Part shown: positions 61,901 to 64,000 of the stretch, piece after piece
Position numbering within the stretch: the stretch's first letter is position 1
Layout of the letters: each line of letters opens with the position of its first letter
Source: Azolla caroliniana
Lineage: Eukaryota; Plantae; Polypodiophyta
Direction: 5' to 3'
Length of the DNA stretch: 64,000 nucleotides
NCBI GenBank assembly: GCA_043228905.1
Contig: JBHGNT010000015.1
Coordinates: 12,462,001 to 12,526,000, forward strand
Program-made: the position numbers and the translations under genes
Notes under the pieces: model-generated
Databases searched by the model: none
Seen by the model: the letters and a program-made list of their open reading frames with translations, nothing else
Told to the model about the DNA's origin: nothing

Positions 61901-64000
61901 GGGAAATGCGTCCGTAATGGTTACGACGTTTAATTTTCAGTAATCTACGCATACCCGTATTTTGTTGTTTTGCTTGGGGACAACCACTATCGGGCTTAGC
62001 CATGTCGTTGTTTAACTGGTCATATGAACCCCGCCCTCAGCAGCTTGTCAATTTCTTCTTTCACACGGGTCGCGTAATTGGGGTTCATGCGGTAGCGGCT
62101 CTGCTGGACAGGTTTCGCGTCCGTTGCTAAATTGACCTTATGCTGATAGAACTTGGGATCTAACCCCTTCATGTCCTCGCGAGCCCAAGCGAACAAATCT
62201 TTATATTCCGTGAGTAGTGCGATCATTGTGATTCTCTAGTCCGGCCTCAATTCCTTTGCTATGGAGAGGAACCGGGGTTCTGATTCCATACCCACATTCA
62301 CTTCGTTGAGAGCGGAAGCGGTGACTCGTTGTGAAATCTCCATTTCCCTTTCGAATGTCGCCCGTGCTCTGCTGAGTTCCAATATGGACTCTAGGTTTGG
62401 TTCATACGGCTCTTCGTGCGGAACAATGGTCGTAGTATATTCTGCCGCTGTTGCGATGACATCAAGGTACGCTTCCAATTCGGCATCCTCCACCCCAGCC
62501 AGCATATTTATGTCTTCCGCGTATAACGGTGTTATACCCTTAGCTTGTGGCGTGTTGCCTTCCGTAGGTACACGAACCTTGGTGCGTCCATGCCGGAAAC
62601 TGATAGACTCGTGTTGCCAGCTCTGCTTGATATTTGCTGTCTGAAGCCATGGTCTGCCCAGAAGCACTGGGTACGCTCCTGGGGCGTCCAAAGCGAGGAC
62701 GACCGCCGATATGTCGAAGCAGTGTCTGCCCACGATGATGCCTATTTTGCGAATTAGCCCCAACGGTCGCTCTGATCGGGTATCTGCCATGCGGAACCAG
62801 AATGGACACGCCTCCCATTCGGAAATGCCTAACTGTTCGGAAGTTTTCGCGCTAATCACATTGACGCCTGAGCCGCCGTCGATTACGCATCCAGGAACTT
62901 CTTGTCCATGCCATAATACTGTAATAGCCGGTTTGTTCTGGTCCACCAACGGTGGTCCATCGCTGACGTCTGTCAGGTTTCTGGCAACGCTCGCCCCGAT
63001 CATGCCCGCCACATGTGCTTCCATGGTCTGGCGGAAACGTGGAACTAGCTGTAACCGTTTTTCCATAGTTAACGTGATTTCACAGCCTGCTAACACCTGC
63101 CAAATGGGGTCCAGCCCCGGTCTTTCGTTCTCTGTTCGCTCCATTGTGTTCGCAGACTCCTGCCGCATACGTTCCGTATTGGTCGCGTTTGCTTTTTCCA
63201 CCCAAGCTTGGGCTTGTCGTCGTACCTCGTCCTGCGCAGCCCAATCTGTCGTTTTTGTTTGCTGGCGTGCTGTGACTTGTTGCACCTCCGCCGTAATCGT
63301 ATTGACGGCGGGGCCCTTTCCCTTGCGTGCTGGGCATTGCGTGTCATAGTGTCCGGGTTGCTGACAAATAAAACAATGGATGCTTGATTCTCCCTTCTCA
63401 GCCCCAGGTGGAGTGTGCCGCTCTCTGGGCGTTACTTGCTCTTCGCAGTCCGGCCTCGTTTGTCGGAATGTACGCGGTGGCTGTTGTTGGTCCCGTCGTT
63501 GTTCCTGGTGCCGCTCATCCCCCGATCTTTCATCGTAACGCCGATGATCCCTATATTGTCGAGGCTTACCCCGATAGCCATTGAAGCCGCCCCGTTTGTT
63601 TGTCGGGCGTTGATGTTCGTATCGCCGACCCCCTTTGGCGTAACTCGGATGTCCACGATAATCCTCGTCCTCCGGGTCGTCCTCCTCGGACTTGTTGTGA
63701 TTCCGGCGATTCCAGTTGTACCGGTCCTCCTGCAGGTTGCAATCCTTATACCCGGGTCGGTTTTCTTGCCTCCTTTGTTCCGCCCGGTGCGGTTGACGCT
63801 GTGGACCGCGGGAGTAGCTCTGTTTAACATATTGTACTCGTATTGGTCGACTGTGTGAACCTTCAAGTGGCAGATTGGGCAGTGGATTCACATATTGCAC
63901 TCCACCGCGGAATGCCCCGAGTTTAAGCAAATCGTGCACTGGATTCCTTGACGAAATTGGCGTTCCTCATCCTGAGGTAATGCTTATTGTAAGGATGACA
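55968..64000 (-). mobile_element. Athila/Tat-related non-chromovirus Ty3/Gypsy with an extra 3' ORF; continues beyond the window
   Basis: Gag knuckle CFICQQPGHYDTQC; PR VIDGGSG; RT LDGFSGYNQ with the DD motif deleted near 61670; RH FVDASD; IN DFVGP..YYPQANGLAE..WTGPY; 3' LTR 55968-56408. Confidence 0.92.
56456..59223 (-). pseudogene. Extra ORF downstream of pol (~920 codons, disrupted)
   Basis: Fragments 58123-59454, 57638-58336, 57422-57628, 56906-57343 and 56456-56890 join through one frameshift and in-frame stops. Confidence 0.7.

Overview
Eukaryotic land-plant genomic DNA. The transposon families and long TE-filled introns suggest a non-seed plant such as a fern, but that is inference. 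Positions ~294-9504 hold one spliced host gene: a 9-exon, 319-aa ATXR4-like SET-domain methyltransferase that I reconstructed by hand. It has a U12-type GT-AG intron and a tandemly duplicated, decayed terminal exon. The remaining ~53 kb is a nest of retroelements: three Ty1/Copia families (A, B, C), a two-ORF APE-type LINE, several tRNA-Trp-primed Ty3/Gypsy elements, and an Athila/Tat-related Gypsy element with a long extra 3' ORF. The most striking object is a 3.7-kb Gypsy-derived element (26260-29977) with apparently identical 826-bp LTRs, a 4-bp ACGT TSD and a single intact Gag-plus-charged-tail ORF with no pol. Each of its LTRs contains a tRNA-like A-box/B-box relic. All four readable insertion junctions of this LTR clade sit at CpG-centred ACGT/ACGA sites. 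Other oddities are a fold-back Copia LTR hairpin, a three-LTR Copia under one TSD, and a Copia pol extended past an internal PPT-like sequence. All comparisons were made by eye; no database searches were run.
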